Shown piece after piece: positions 44,222-55,707 of a DNA stretch of 64,000 nucleotides. The translations under genes and the position numbers were made by a program. The stretch comes from an uncultured Rivularia sp. (GTDB lineage: Bacteria; Cyanobacteriota; Cyanobacteriia; Cyanobacteriales; Nostocaceae), in contig OY762007.1 in assembly GCA_963665115.1 (NCBI GenBank), positions 3,488,001 through 3,552,000 on the forward strand, in the 5' to 3' direction. How positions within the stretch are numbered: position 1 is the first letter of the stretch; each line of letters begins with the position of its first letter. A model generated the notes under the pieces. That model worked only from the letters and a program-made list of their open reading frames with translations. It did no database searches and had not been told where the DNA came from.

Positions 44222-44611
44222 TTAGTCAAAACAAACAGCATCCACTTCGACTTCAATTAACATTGCGGAATCTATCAGCGATTTAACTTCCACCATTGTG
44301 GAAGCGGGAGGGTTTTCTGCAAAGAATTCTTGATGTGCTTTGCCAAATTCAGCCCAAAGAGAGATATCTGTAACGTACATTCTTGTTCTGATTACATACT
44401 TTGTATTTGTACCTAAATTTTGTAAAGCTTTTTCGACGATTTGAAAACAACGTTTAGCTTGAGCATAAGCATCACCTGGAGCAAAAACGCTACCGTCTTC
44501 TGCTACTGGTGCGGTTCCAGATACGTAAACATGATTTCCGGCTTTAATGGCACGACAGTAACCAACTAAAGATTCCCAAGTTGCACCGGAGAATGTTCTG
44601 TGGATTTGCAT
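44222..44611 (-). CDS. RidA/YjgF family protein
   Basis: WE..VGYCRA, VSGT, RTRMYVTDI and PASTMVEV..LI...IEVE. Confidence 0.92.
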   Translation of the reverse strand: MQIHRTFSGATWESLVGYCRAIKAGNHVYVSGTAPVAEDGSVFAPGDAYAQAKRCFQIVEKALQNLGTNTKYVIRTRMYVTDISLWAEFGKAHQEFFAENPPASTMVEVKSLIDSAMLIEVEVDAVCFD

Positions 44612-44807
44612 GGCTATAATGTTTTGAGTGAGTTATGAGTACTAAGTATAATTTTTCAGAATAAATAAACAGTAAGAAACCCAGCTTTGTCAAAAAAACC
44701 GGGTTTTGCAATTCTCACAAATGATTTAAAGCAAAACTTTAATTATTGCATTTATAATAACTGTTTGAAGAATGAAAAATGTAAATAATTTATAAATGAC
44801 AACCTCT

Positions 44808-45161
44808 TCAGTCAACTGTTCTCAAAAAATAGTTAATCACGCTAGAAACTATTGCTAATACGATTGAACCGAATAAAGCAGCCAAAGGTCCCCTGACAGT
44901 AAAACCATAGTCAGGAGTAAAAATAGTTGCTAGCCAAAGAGTGAATCCGTTAACAACAAATGTAAATAATCCAAAGGTAAGCAAATTTATCGGAAATGTT
45001 AAAATGCTTAAAATAGGTCTAATAATCGCATTAATTAATCCGATAACAACCGCTGCAACTAAAGCTGCCTCGATACCTGTAACATCTAATCCAGGAACAA
45101 TATGAGCGGTAATTAGCAATGACACCGCAGTGCCAAGCCAAGTTAATACAAAGTGCATCAT
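44808..45161 (-). CDS. YvlD / 4-TMS 'phage holin superfamily IV' membrane protein
   Basis: GL.NAIIRPIL.ILTFP..LLTFGLF.FVVNG. Confidence 0.88.
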   Translation of the reverse strand: MMHFVLTWLGTAVSLLITAHIVPGLDVTGIEAALVAAVVIGLINAIIRPILSILTFPINLLTFGLFTFVVNGFTLWLATIFTPDYGFTVRGPLAALFGSIVLAIVSSVINYFLRTVD

Positions 45162-45686
45162 AGGCTTTGTGTGGGAAAATTATTGATTTGTAGGCTGGTA
45201 ATTCGTTTGGAAACTTTTCGGTATTTACTTATCAGTGATAGTAGATAAATAACCCGAGCCAAGTAATGGCATCTAATGATACCAAAATTTTTTGTATATA
45301 TATTATCCTATTGCGGGTTGTAGTTACGACTTTAATTTAGTTAAGTACTTAAATATTGCCTTATTTATTTCAGTATGAATTGTTATGTAGAGAAGTAACG
45401 TTTTACGTCTTTATAAGGCTTTTAAGTATGTTGCAGACAAATTTTATACAATTAAATACTTGTGATTTTGCTGTTTATCATATAAATATTTGCGAAATTT
45501 GAGAGCGCTTGAAAAAACACTTTGAACCAATCCCTGCCTATTCTTGACTTAATGAGGCGATCGCCACCTACCAGATTACATATCAGTTAACTTGATATTG
45601 GCTTGATATTACAAATAAGAATGGTGCGTTGCCCCTCACAACGCACCACACAAAAAAATTGGATATTAAATTAATTCACTCAACAA

Positions 45687-46673
45687 TTAACGTTTATCTA
45701 AAAGTTGCCAAGTAGCTCCTCCAACAACACCATCGGGTTCTAAACCGTTACGCTTCTGGAAGGCTTTTACTGCATCTGCTGTTACGGGACCAAAATCTCC
45801 ATCAACACTTTTAAGAAATCCTAAGTTGGATAATTTTTCCTGTACTTTGACTACCTGAGAACCTCGCATTCCCAAACGCAAAATTGGTAATCCTTGGGCA
45901 GTATATTGGATTGCAGGAGTTTTTTTCTGGGTAGTTGTGCTGCTTTGACGAGTACTTGTGGTTTGACGAGTACGTGTAGTTGCAGCTTGTCTTTGTGCGG
46001 GTTTGCGTTTCTGAGTGGTATTACGAGGTTTTGGTTTTGCTGGTGTTGGTTCGGGATTCCTAGACGATGGAGTTGAAGGTTTCGGTTCAGGAGAAGGCTT
46101 AACAACCCTAATTCGACTGTTGAGAGCAGGTGTTATCGATCTTTGTTGCTGTGTCGAATTATTTACCACCCTAACGCTACCGAATGAATCTGTAGGCACG
46201 GGAAAGGTATCAGAAGGCGGTGGCGTAGGAGCGCTAGTTACTGGGGTACTAGCCACTTCTGTTGATCCAGTTGTGCTGGGAAAAAGGGTTTGCCAAGTGT
46301 TGGTATCTACAACCCCATCCGATTTTAACCCTGCTGCTTGTTGGAAACCGGAAACTGCTTGTTTAGTTGCTGCGGTGAAACTACCGTTAACTTCACCTCG
46401 ATAAAAACCTAAAAGTTTTAAAGCACCTTGTAATTCTCTTACAGGTACCCCTTGACTACCCATTTTAAGGGTAGGACGATTCATACTTGCCCCTACAACT
46501 ACTTGAGCAAGCTTTTGTTGCGGTGCAGCAATTGATACTCCAGCGCTCGATCCAAATAGCAGAGGAGTAGAGGAAATTAAAAGTAACCAATAAAACCTAC
46601 TTCTGGGAAGGAAACGAAACGATACGAGAGAGCGTAAGTACTCAACTATACTTAGTTTTCTTCTACCTATCAT
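45687..46673 (-). CDS. Protein with two peptidoglycan-binding domains and a Pro/Thr-rich linker
   Basis: LKMGSQG..V.ELQ..L...FQ...GL..DGVV, present twice. Confidence 0.88.
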   Translation of the reverse strand: MIGRRKLSIVEYLRSLVSFRFLPRSRFYWLLLISSTPLLFGSSAGVSIAAPQQKLAQVVVGASMNRPTLKMGSQGVPVRELQGALKLLGFYRGEVNGSFTAATKQAVSGFQQAAGLKSDGVVDTNTWQTLFPSTTGSTEVASTPVTSAPTPPPSDTFPVPTDSFGSVRVVNNSTQQQRSITPALNSRIRVVKPSPEPKPSTPSSRNPEPTPAKPKPRNTTQKRKPAQRQAATTRTRQTTSTRQSSTTTQKKTPAIQYTAQGLPILRLGMRGSQVVKVQEKLSNLGFLKSVDGDFGPVTADAVKAFQKRNGLEPDGVVGGATWQLLDKR

Positions 46674-46811
46674 GGTTTGTGCCCCCGGCAAATCTCTTAC
46701 AAATACACTATCTATTAACCAGTATAAAATTAAATTGTAACAGCAGTGTAAATGCTTAAAAAAGCTACAAATAATAAGCAATTGATGCTAAGTAAATGCC
46801 TCGTACTGCCG

Positions 46812-48083
46812 CTACGCAATTACACGGTTAATCGCTTCTTCTTGACCGATTACAGACACAAATGGTTCCTTTAAATATTGACAGGCTGTATGAATGGCAT
46901 CAGCACTGGTTAAAGCTGCAATATCTTTTTGAAATTTTTGATCGAAAGCGATTCCTAAACCTAAAATTTCATACCATCCATATATTTGGGCAATTTGTCC
47001 GTTGGTTTGTTTGCCTAAAGCGTATTGCCCCAGAATCTTGTTTTTTGCAGCTTGCAAAGCATTTTCTTCTAGCTTACTACTCGAAAGTAAATCAACTTCT
47101 CTTTGCAACCCTTCTAAAGCCACGATCGTATTTTCTGGTGCCGTACCCATATAAACCACAAAGGAACTAGAGAACTGCCTTGTAGGGTAAAATGCCGATA
47201 CATCGTAAGCTAACCCCAGCTTTTCTCGTAATTCAATAAATAAGCGACTGGAAAGCCCATTTCCTAAATAAGTAGAAAGTAATTTTAAAGCAGCGTAGTC
47301 AGTTGAATGCACTGAAGCACCCAAATAACCCAGCATCATTACCGATTGCTGTGTAGCTTGGGGGGTAACTACTCGTTGGGGTTTAGTTTGAGGGAATGAC
47401 ACGTTCATTACGGGTAGCTGCGTATCTGCCGGATGCCAATCACCAAAAAGTTTTTCAATTTGTTGCTCTGCATCCGTTTCGGAGATACGGCCTGCAATGC
47501 TAATAACTATATTATCTGGGCGAAAATAGGTTTGATAATAGTTAACTAAATCTTCCCGAGTTAAACCGCTAATAGTAGTTTCATCACCCAATCCCGACGA
47601 TGCATAAGGATGATTTTCGTACATTATTTGTCGTAATTGCTCAAATGCGACGCTAAAGGGTTGTTCTTTTTGCAAGCGTACATCCTGTAAAGCAATTCGC
47701 TTTTCCAACTCCACTTCAGCTTCTGGAAAAGTTGGCGATCGCAATAATCGTGTTGCCAATTCCAATATCTGGATAAAATCAGCCGTAACGGTTTTCAAGG
47801 ATAAAACAAAGTAATCCGTTGCAGTATCAGCACTCAAACTGGCTCCAACAGACTCTACACGTTCGGCAATTTCCAAGCTTGAAAGTCCGTCGCATCCTTT
47901 AGTTAATAAAGCACCGAGCAAATTTGCCAACCCTGCTTTCTCTGGATTTTCATAACAACTTCCAGCACGGATAAATATTCGAGTTGCAATCACATCAGCA
48001 GCAGAATTTTCTGCAACCAGCAGCACTATTCCATTTTTTAATTCAGTACGGTGAACATTTGATGATTTTGGCAAAGTTGTCAT
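46812..48083 (-). CDS. M16 peptidase, inactive-type subunit
   Basis: Pitrilysin fold with 'GLANLL' in place of HXXEH; SSRLFIELREKLGLAY. Confidence 0.9.
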   Translation of the reverse strand: MTTLPKSSNVHRTELKNGIVLLVAENSAADVIATRIFIRAGSCYENPEKAGLANLLGALLTKGCDGLSSLEIAERVESVGASLSADTATDYFVLSLKTVTADFIQILELATRLLRSPTFPEAEVELEKRIALQDVRLQKEQPFSVAFEQLRQIMYENHPYASSGLGDETTISGLTREDLVNYYQTYFRPDNIVISIAGRISETDAEQQIEKLFGDWHPADTQLPVMNVSFPQTKPQRVVTPQATQQSVMMLGYLGASVHSTDYAALKLLSTYLGNGLSSRLFIELREKLGLAYDVSAFYPTRQFSSSFVVYMGTAPENTIVALEGLQREVDLLSSSKLEENALQAAKNKILGQYALGKQTNGQIAQIYGWYEILGLGIAFDQKFQKDIAALTSADAIHTACQYLKEPFVSVIGQEEAINRVIA

Positions 48084-48230
48084 TAGCAGAATTCTGGATT
48101 TTATATTTTGGATTAAAGAGTGAGGAATTAGGAGTTAGGAGTTCTGAATTAGAAGTAAGTAAAGAGTTAATAGTTAATTTAATAATTAATTTCCTCCCCT
48201 TGTCTCCCCATCTCCCCATCTCCCCACCCC

Positions 48231-49508
48231 CTACTCCCTGGCTTTTACCACGATTACGGCATAATTATCGGGTGAAAGATATTTATATGCTATGTTTTGC
48301 AGTTCTTTTACGTCAAAGGATTTTATTTGTTGGGGATAAGTTACTGATAGTGAAGCTGTTGCAATAGTGTTGTAGTATCCGTAAAGTCCAGCTAATTGCG
48401 AAGGCGTTTCTGTTGAAAAAGCATAGTCATTGCATAGCAGACGTTTAGCACGGGTAAGTTCTTGCTCTGTAATCTCTCTCGTCAATTTTTGTAAATGAAG
48501 CCGAACTAATTCTTCTACTTGCTCTAATTGTTCCGATTCTAACCAAGCATTGATAGTAAATAAACTTGACTGTTGTTGCAGTGAAAAACTACTGCAAATA
48601 CCGTTGACTAATTGCCTTACTTCTCGTAAATCTCTTACTAATCGCGAAGTTCTTCCTCCTGCCAAGATTACCGAAAGTAAATCTAAAGCATAACCGATGC
48701 GAATTTGTTCTACTCCTGGTGCTACCCATCCCATCAGCAAACGAGCTTGTTCGAGTCTGGGCAATTGAATTTCTTGACGGCAAATTCCTGTAATGTTCGG
48801 TTTTGTAGCTGTTTTTGTGCGGGGACAATCAAAACATGGTGAAGCAAAGTTATCGAAAGAGCTATTGACTAATTCTAAAGCTTGCGATGAACCGATCCCT
48901 CCGGCGATCGCCACTGTCATATTTTCTGGTTGATAGTGGGAGCGATGGAAGCAACGTAATTCCTCTGCTCGGTATTGTGCAACATTTTGCTCGCTTCCTA
49001 AAACCGAACGTCCGTAAGGATGCTGCTGATAAATATTTTTATAAAGAGCTTGAAAACCCATCCAATCGGGATTATCGGATGCTTGTCGAATTTCTTCTAA
49101 AATTACATTGCGCTCGCAGTTTAATTCAACTTCGGGTATCGCTGCATTTACTAACAATTCACCCATTAGCGGTAAAGTTTCTTCGAGATAAGTAGAAGCT
49201 GTAGTTAGTGAATAATGAGCGTAATCATAACTAGTAGCAGCATTACTTACCCCACCTAAGAACTCAATTTTTCGATCGAATACCCCCGCTTTTAGTGTTT
49301 CGGTACCTTTGAAAATCATATGTTCCAAAAAGTGAGCCATTCCACCCCAAGATTCTGGTTCTAATTTGGCTCCTGCTCTAACCCAAATATCTGCCACAAC
49401 TATGGGAGTGGTAGATATTTCTTGGTGAATCAATGTTAACCCGTTGTCTATTTTGAAGACTGAGGCTGGAAACACGGTATTATTTATTGGTATAAGAATA
49501 TTAAACAA
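48231..49508 (-). CDS. M16 zinc peptidase, active-type subunit
   Basis: GMAHFLEHMIFKG (HXXEH motif). Confidence 0.92.
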   Translation of the reverse strand: MFNILIPINNTVFPASVFKIDNGLTLIHQEISTTPIVVADIWVRAGAKLEPESWGGMAHFLEHMIFKGTETLKAGVFDRKIEFLGGVSNAATSYDYAHYSLTTASTYLEETLPLMGELLVNAAIPEVELNCERNVILEEIRQASDNPDWMGFQALYKNIYQQHPYGRSVLGSEQNVAQYRAEELRCFHRSHYQPENMTVAIAGGIGSSQALELVNSSFDNFASPCFDCPRTKTATKPNITGICRQEIQLPRLEQARLLMGWVAPGVEQIRIGYALDLLSVILAGGRTSRLVRDLREVRQLVNGICSSFSLQQQSSLFTINAWLESEQLEQVEELVRLHLQKLTREITEQELTRAKRLLCNDYAFSTETPSQLAGLYGYYNTIATASLSVTYPQQIKSFDVKELQNIAYKYLSPDNYAVIVVKARE

Positions 49509-49627
49509 TCTTATCAGCTTTCATTTACATTAAATTTAATTTATTTGATGCTTTTTTTCAAAAATAGATGTTTGTGATACAGTTTTTTATTAGATTATAT
49601 GAAAATTAAATTTTGGATATATCTGAT

Positions 49628-49738
49628 ATCTTGCACCATTTTCAACAAGCCCAAAGGAACCCGGTTTCTCTTCGTAAAAGCACCACTATTTCGTTGTGAA
49701 ATCAACAAGAAACCGGGTTTCTGATACTGGTACAAGAT
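49628..49738. mobile_element. MITE-like element with nested inverted repeats
   Basis: Outer ATCTTGCACCA/TGGTACAAGAT; inner GAACCCGGTTTCT/AGAAACCGGGTTT. Confidence 0.6.
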
Positions 49739-49937
49739 GTAAGTTATATTAAACTTAAAATTAATATCGTAATTCTCACATTCTTTTTTGTAAAACTTGA
49801 TGCTATTATAAATATTTTTGCTCTTCTTAGAAGAGCTTGTATTAGCAACTTTCATGCCAAAGTTACCATAGAACATCTCGGAAATTTTTTATTCTATATA
49901 GCTGACTATTTCCTGCTCCCTGCTTCCTGAAAATACA

Positions 49938-49980
49938 AAAACAAAGCTCCTTAAATCGAAAAGTGATTTAAAGAGCTTTG
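49938..49980 (-). terminator. Terminator downstream of 6S RNA
   Basis: CAAAGCTC...GAGCTTTG hairpin followed by a T run on the minus strand. Confidence 0.7.
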
Positions 49981-49990
49981 AAATTTTATT

Positions 49991-50168
49991 TCACCGCAAC
50001 GCCGTTTTACCTAAGTTTATGACCTGGTTAAACCAGGGGGGAATCTAATGCCTCATTTAAAGTTTCCGGGTACATGCCCGGTATACTGCCACGAAACTGT
50101 TCGGTTCCCATATCATAAAAATCATAGATCACAAAACTGTATGGCAGTCACCAACGTTGCAGTGCAAC
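49991..50168 (-). ncRNA. ssrS: 6S RNA
   Basis: About 178 nt with paired ends (CACTGCAACGTT/GGCGTTGCGGTG) and 3' AGGTAAAACGGCG. TATAAT lies at 50175-50180, and the position downstream of purK is typical for cyanobacteria. Confidence 0.88.
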
Positions 50169-50242
50169 AAACCCATTATAGCTTTCAAAAATGATGTTGT
50201 GTAGTAAATAAAAAAAATATTTTTACTTGCTACATTAATTTA

Positions 50243-51443
50243 TTAAGAATACCATATAGACTCTATATTTTCGGCAATTGTCATCGCCTCATCACGATTT
50301 AATTTATCGAACAAAACTGTAATGTGTCCCAACTTGCGTCCGGGACGAGACTCTGATTTACCATACCAATGAACGTGCGCTCCGGGAATTTTTGCTAATT
50401 TAGAGCGTCGATCGGTATAGTTGCTTTTTCGCGTTTCATATCCTAATAAATTTACCATAATAGCACAAGGTATTTTCATTGCTACGTTGCCTAAAGGTAA
50501 ATCGGATACAACTCGCAAATGCTGCTCAAACTGGGAAGTAAAGCAGGCATCAATAGAAAAATGCCCAGAGTTATGGGTTCGGGGTGCTATTTCATTTACT
50601 AATACTTCACCGCTATTCGTCAAAAATAATTCTATAGCAAAAACCCCAACTACTTGTAAATTATCAAGTATTGTGCAGGCAATATCTTTGATAACTTTTT
50701 CTGTCTGGAGACTGATGTCAGCAGGAGCAATAACCCGCCGACAAACTTGTTGCTCTTGTTGGGTTTCTACTACTACAAAAGTAGAAATTTCGCCACTTGT
50801 CGAACGCGCTGCAATTACAGCTAATTCTTTCTGAAAAGGAATAAATTCTTCTAATAAAAAATGAGATTCAATTAAATTATTTCTTTGGTTAGCTTCTGGA
50901 TTCTCTTGATATAGTTTTTGCTTTAGACTAATTAAATCTTTGATGATAAATGTTCCTTGACCATCATAACCATGACGGCGAGCTTTTAAAACTGCTGGAA
51001 AATTTAATTCCCACTCTTGTGGATGGTTAATTTTTTTATATTGTGCGGTTTGAGAAGATGATGCAGTAAATAATGATTCTGGTAATTTAAATTTAGGAAC
51101 TGGTATACCCAAGTCTTGTAAAAAACAGCGTTGATAATATTTATCTAAGAGAGGAGATAGTGCCTCTATCCGAGGACGAAAACACACTTTGTCTGTAGCT
51201 AGTTTAGATAAAGCTTCTATATCAATAAACTCATTCTCGAAAGTTATAACATCACATTGCTTTGCTAACTCAGCCGTTGCAGTAGCATCGTCAACTGCGG
51301 CAAAAATAGTATTGTTAGCAATATTAACTGCTGGATCGTCAACATTGGGAGTTTGTACAATTAACTCTACACCCAGCTTTTGGGGCCGCAGTACCCATCA
51401 TTAATGCTAATTGTCCGCCACCAATTACACCAATACGCTTCAT
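50243..51443 (-). CDS. purK: N5-CAIR synthase with one frameshift at 51382-51385
   Basis: MKRIGVIGGGQLA, ITFENE, GYDGQG, NEIAPRTHNSGH and RPGRKLGH; removing one base joins the frames. Confidence 0.93.
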
Positions 51444-51757
51444 TTGCATTCCAGAAAATAACGAGTTTCTACGCCAGTTTTAGAGTTCGTACCGCTAGCT
51501 TTTTCGCAAATTTAAACTTGCGCTCCGTCTAAATTCACATCGGTGAAATCAACACCTTCAATATTGGTATCAACAAATATCGCAGGTCGAACAAAGCTTC
51601 TACGAGTACGGCATCACTCATATCTGCTCCCGTTAAGTTTACCCGAAAATAAGCGTGCATTCGTTAAATCCGCTTGATACAAGTTAGCTTCGATCGCTAC
51701 CGATGCGCTTAAAACCGCTCCCCTTAAATCGGCATCAGTAAAATTAGTAAGTTCCAT
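51440..51757 (-). pseudogene. Pentapeptide repeat protein pseudogene
   Basis: MELTNFTDADLRGAVL...ANL..ADL; two frameshifts and a TAA; ends CEKASGTNSKTGVETR..LEC. The 5' part appears lost. Confidence 0.75.
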
Positions 51758-52251
51758 GATTTAGCACCAAATTAAAATATAGTTACATTAAGATTCAGCT
51801 TACATCACTCGCGACAAAACTTAAGTTCTACAGCCTTTTATCGGATGATACACCTTGACAAAAAACCGAATGTATCAATAGCTTATTGATAATGCCGTAA
51901 TGCCGTTCAAATATTAAAATTTTCTTTTTTTTATTTCAATTAATTTGCACTTTCAATAACTTTACATTTCTTCAATGAAATTGTAGAAATAAATTTACGT
52001 TGAAGCAAATAGATAAAGTTTATTATCATTTGATCGAATAATTGGGGCAGTGCTGTTAGTCTTGTAATTAGTGAAAGCTTTGTTTTCCTATTGTTGCAAG
52101 CAATAAGATTATCTTTACAAAGCTTCATATTTTATAGTTACAAGTTTTCAAGTAGAGAATTGTTAACTGTAAATATTAATAAGCGAAAATTCTATTTATT
52201 ATTATCTGAAAAGTTATGCTGAAGAACTTAAATCGACTTGTTAGCAATCCG

Positions 52252-52575
52252 ATGAGACATTACAACGATGAATGGATCGACCAGTGGTGTGAAGATAATG
52301 GTTGGACGGATCTATATATAGAGCGCTGTAATAACTTCTGGGCTTTTCCTCCTGGTGCGGTAATGCCGGAGCCAATTCCAGCAAAAGTACTCAGAGGAAT
52401 TAAAGCTGAAAGAGGATTGACTTGTGAAGAGCGTATTTGGTCAATTGCAGCAGTAGTTGCCACAATGTTAGCCGCTGGTGTTACTTATTGGTTGAGATGC
52501 CCGATACCAATGGTTGCAGCGTTTGCTTTCAATGCTGTAACTGTTGCTCAATTGGAAGTTGAAGATGCATATTAA
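52252..52575 (+). CDS. Conserved small cyanobacterial membrane protein
   Basis: HYNDEWI..WC..NGWTD...WAFPPGAVMPEPIP plus a hydrophobic C-terminus. Confidence 0.8.
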   Translation: MRHYNDEWIDQWCEDNGWTDLYIERCNNFWAFPPGAVMPEPIPAKVLRGIKAERGLTCEERIWSIAAVVATMLAAGVTYWLRCPIPMVAAFAFNAVTVAQLEVEDAY

Positions 52576-53474
52576 AGACTGTAGATGTAGAGTATTCATG
52601 GGGAAACTTTTCTCTATGAATATTATAAGATAATATTTTTTAAATATTTTTTAAATATTTTGCAAATTATTCAGGTAATCTTTCATTTAGGCAGTAAGAG
52701 TTGTGTCACGTTAATGTCACATAATTAAGATTAAATTTATATACAAGGTTGAAAAAAGACTAAGCAAAACGGCTGATTGAAAATTCAATTAAGTACTTAA
52801 CGCGGTTAGATTTCCCAAGCCCCCTTTTTTTAGGGGGTTTTTTCAATTGTGGGGAGTAGGAATAATCTTATACAGCTTTGATATCAAGAGGAAAATGTTG
52901 TTGTAACGCATTATTATCAAGTCTTTGGGTAGTGGCAGTGTCTGACTATAGTTTGAATACAAAATTAAAAATACAAAATTAAAAATTAATTCTATTTGAA
53001 TTTTTAATTGTTCAATTAAGGATACAAGCCTCTTCTTTTAAGGAGAAAAAGATAAAAACTTATTGTGAAGATTCAAGCCTCAGACTTTAGGTAATGGTAA
53101 TTTTTAATTGCTAATGCAGGAATTGTTTTGACTTCCACTACGATTATTTTAGCCGTTTAAATTAATAAAACAAATAATTTATTAATACGATTATAGACAA
53201 AAATCTTTCACTAACTATCAATTTACGTTAATTTACTTAAGTATTTAAGTAGATTAGTTTTGGTTTTTTAATATTAGTTTATAAAACCAAAAATAAACTT
53301 TTCCGTAGTTTTTCGGTAGAGTATGACCTACAAATAAAGTTAAGCTTCAGTATAGATGATATCTCTTAGATAAAAAACTATTAATGCTGATAGCTATGTC
53401 ATAAATAGATTATTTCAAACTAATTTATTTATAAATTTAAAATTATTGAAATTATATATATTATTTAACTCATT

Positions 53475-55667
53475 ATGGAATCTAGAGAATCAGTAGATTT
53501 AGATTTACAAAAATTTTGGTACATAATTAAGCGACGTTGGCTACCAGCTACATTTATATTTACTGTTTCAATTGCAATAGCAACAGTACTAGGTTCTTTG
53601 AAACAGGCAGTTTTTCAAGCTGAAGGTAAGCTTTTAATTAAAAAAGTCAACCAGACTTCTGCTTTGACGGGTTTGGGAGAGCCGATTGGACAGTTAGAAG
53701 GTTTAGATATAAAAAGTAGCCCTATAAATACAGAGATAGAAGTAATTAGTTCCAAACCTATTTTGATTAAAACAATCAAAAACTTAAATCTCAAAGATGA
53801 TGATGGTGTACCGCTACAACCAAAGAAACTTGCAGAACAGATTAATCTGACAGCAATTCCGGCAACTGATGTTTTACAGGTTTCTTATGAAGCTAAAAAT
53901 CCTCAAGAAGCAGGAGCGGTTGTTAATGAGTTGATGAAACTGTATATGGAAAACAATATACAGACAAACAGAGCCGCTGCTGTTGCTGCTGGTGATTTTA
54001 TCGCCAGACAGATACCCGAAACAGAAGCTAATGTCCGTCAAATAGAAGAAGCTTTACGTCGCTTTCAGCAGCAGAATAATGTGATTTCGTTGGGAGAAGA
54101 ATCTAGAACCGCTGTAGAAATCCAGAAAAATTTAGAGACTAAAATAACTGAAACAGAAGTAGCTTTAGCAGAGGTAAATGCTCGCGTACAAAGTCTTAAG
54201 AACAAGGTTGGGATGAATTTTCAGGATGCTATCAATACAGATTCTCTCAAAAGTTCCATTGGGGTACAACAGGTTTTAGATAATTTGCAAAGAGTAGAAC
54301 AAGAGTTAGCATTAGCTCAAACTCGATTTTATCAAACACATCCGACAGTTCAGAGTTTAACAAGCCAAAGAAATGCTCTACAAAGATTATTAAATACGAG
54401 AGTTGCAGAAGTTAGTCAGAATAATCCTAATATAACGACTGCAAATTTACAGATTGGTGAAATAACGCAAAAGTTAACAGAAGACTTGACAAAATCGGAA
54501 GTAGAAAGTGTAGCTCTTAAAAATCGGCTAGATTCTTTATCAGCGGCATTAGCAATTCATCAAAAAAGAATTAATCTTTTACCCCAGTTAGAGCAAGAAG
54601 AAAAAAAATATCAGCGACAATTAGAAACTGCTCGAACAACTAATGAAAATCTTGTAAAAAAGCTCCAAGAAGTAAGAGTTACAGAAAACCAGAATATTGG
54701 TAATGCTCGCATAATTGAACCTGCTTTTGTAACCAAAAAGTCTACCAAATCAACCAAAATTATGTTTGTGATTTTGGGAGGTGCTTTAGGAACTTTAATT
54801 GCAACTGCGATGGTTGTCTTGCTTGAATTAAAAGATAGGTCTGTTAAAACTCTTAAGGAAATCAGAAAGCTATTTGGATATACCTTACTTAGTACTATAC
54901 CTTCCTTGAAAAAGAAATCTTATCTTAATCTCAAAGATACAGACAATAATACTTTACCCGAAATACCTGTAAGAGATAATCCCGATTTACCAATTGCAGA
55001 TGCATATCGGATGCTTCAAGCTAACCTGAAGTTTATTAGTTCTGACAAACCACTACAGGTAATTGTAGTCACAAGTTCAGTTCCTAAAGAAGGTAAGTCA
55101 ACCGTCTCGGCAAATTTAGCAGCTGCGATCGCGCAATTAGGACAAAGAGTATTGCTTGTAGATGCAGATATGCAAAATCCAATACAGCACCATTTATGGG
55201 GTGTAAATAATGTCAAAGGGTTGAGCGATATCATTGTCGGCCAAGTTGAATTTGAAACGGTTGTAAGTGGAGGAATGCTTAGTTTAGATATTTTGCCAGC
55301 AGGAGCAACGACTCCCAATCCTTTGTTCCTTTTAGATTCACGAAAAATGGAAACTTTGATTGATGATTTTAAAAATACCTATGATTTTGTGATTATTGAT
55401 GCACCATCATTAGTGATGAGAGCGGATGCTTTGGCTTTAGGCAAAATGGCTGATGGTGTTTTATTAGTAGCACGTCCGGGAGTACTTACTTCTGGTGATT
55501 CTGCTACAGCTAGAGAAGCTTTAGAACGTTCCGCGCAAAATGTATTGGGTATGGTGGTAAATGGTGTAATTCCAGAAAATGAATCCGATAGCTATTTCTA
55601 TTACGCTAAGAACAACTCTGATAAAGATAGTTCGCATCAAGAAGCTATCAAATCAAAAACATTTTAA
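53475..55667 (+). CDS. wzc: Wzc/GumC polysaccharide co-polymerase and tyrosine autokinase
   Basis: Wzz-like N-terminus, coiled coil, TSSVPKEGKST, VDADM, IIDAP and C-terminal YFYY. Confidence 0.93.
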   Translation: MESRESVDLDLQKFWYIIKRRWLPATFIFTVSIAIATVLGSLKQAVFQAEGKLLIKKVNQTSALTGLGEPIGQLEGLDIKSSPINTEIEVISSKPILIKTIKNLNLKDDDGVPLQPKKLAEQINLTAIPATDVLQVSYEAKNPQEAGAVVNELMKLYMENNIQTNRAAAVAAGDFIARQIPETEANVRQIEEALRRFQQQNNVISLGEESRTAVEIQKNLETKITETEVALAEVNARVQSLKNKVGMNFQDAINTDSLKSSIGVQQVLDNLQRVEQELALAQTRFYQTHPTVQSLTSQRNALQRLLNTRVAEVSQNNPNITTANLQIGEITQKLTEDLTKSEVESVALKNRLDSLSAALAIHQKRINLLPQLEQEEKKYQRQLETARTTNENLVKKLQEVRVTENQNIGNARIIEPAFVTKKSTKSTKIMFVILGGALGTLIATAMVVLLELKDRSVKTLKEIRKLFGYTLLSTIPSLKKKSYLNLKDTDNNTLPEIPVRDNPDLPIADAYRMLQANLKFISSDKPLQVIVVTSSVPKEGKSTVSANLAAAIAQLGQRVLLVDADMQNPIQHHLWGVNNVKGLSDIIVGQVEFETVVSGGMLSLDILPAGATTPNPLFLLDSRKMETLIDDFKNTYDFVIIDAPSLVMRADALALGKMADGVLLVARPGVLTSGDSATAREALERSAQNVLGMVVNGVIPENESDSYFYYAKNNSDKDSSHQEAIKSKTF

Positions 55668-55707
55668 AGAATTAGTTATATCTATCTTTACCGGGTGCAT
55701 TTTATCT

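Noticed and set aside
44808..46673. Holin plus peptidoglycan-binding gene as a prophage lysis cassette
   Set aside because: No lytic catalytic domain and no phage genes nearby; both families are routine chromosomal genes.
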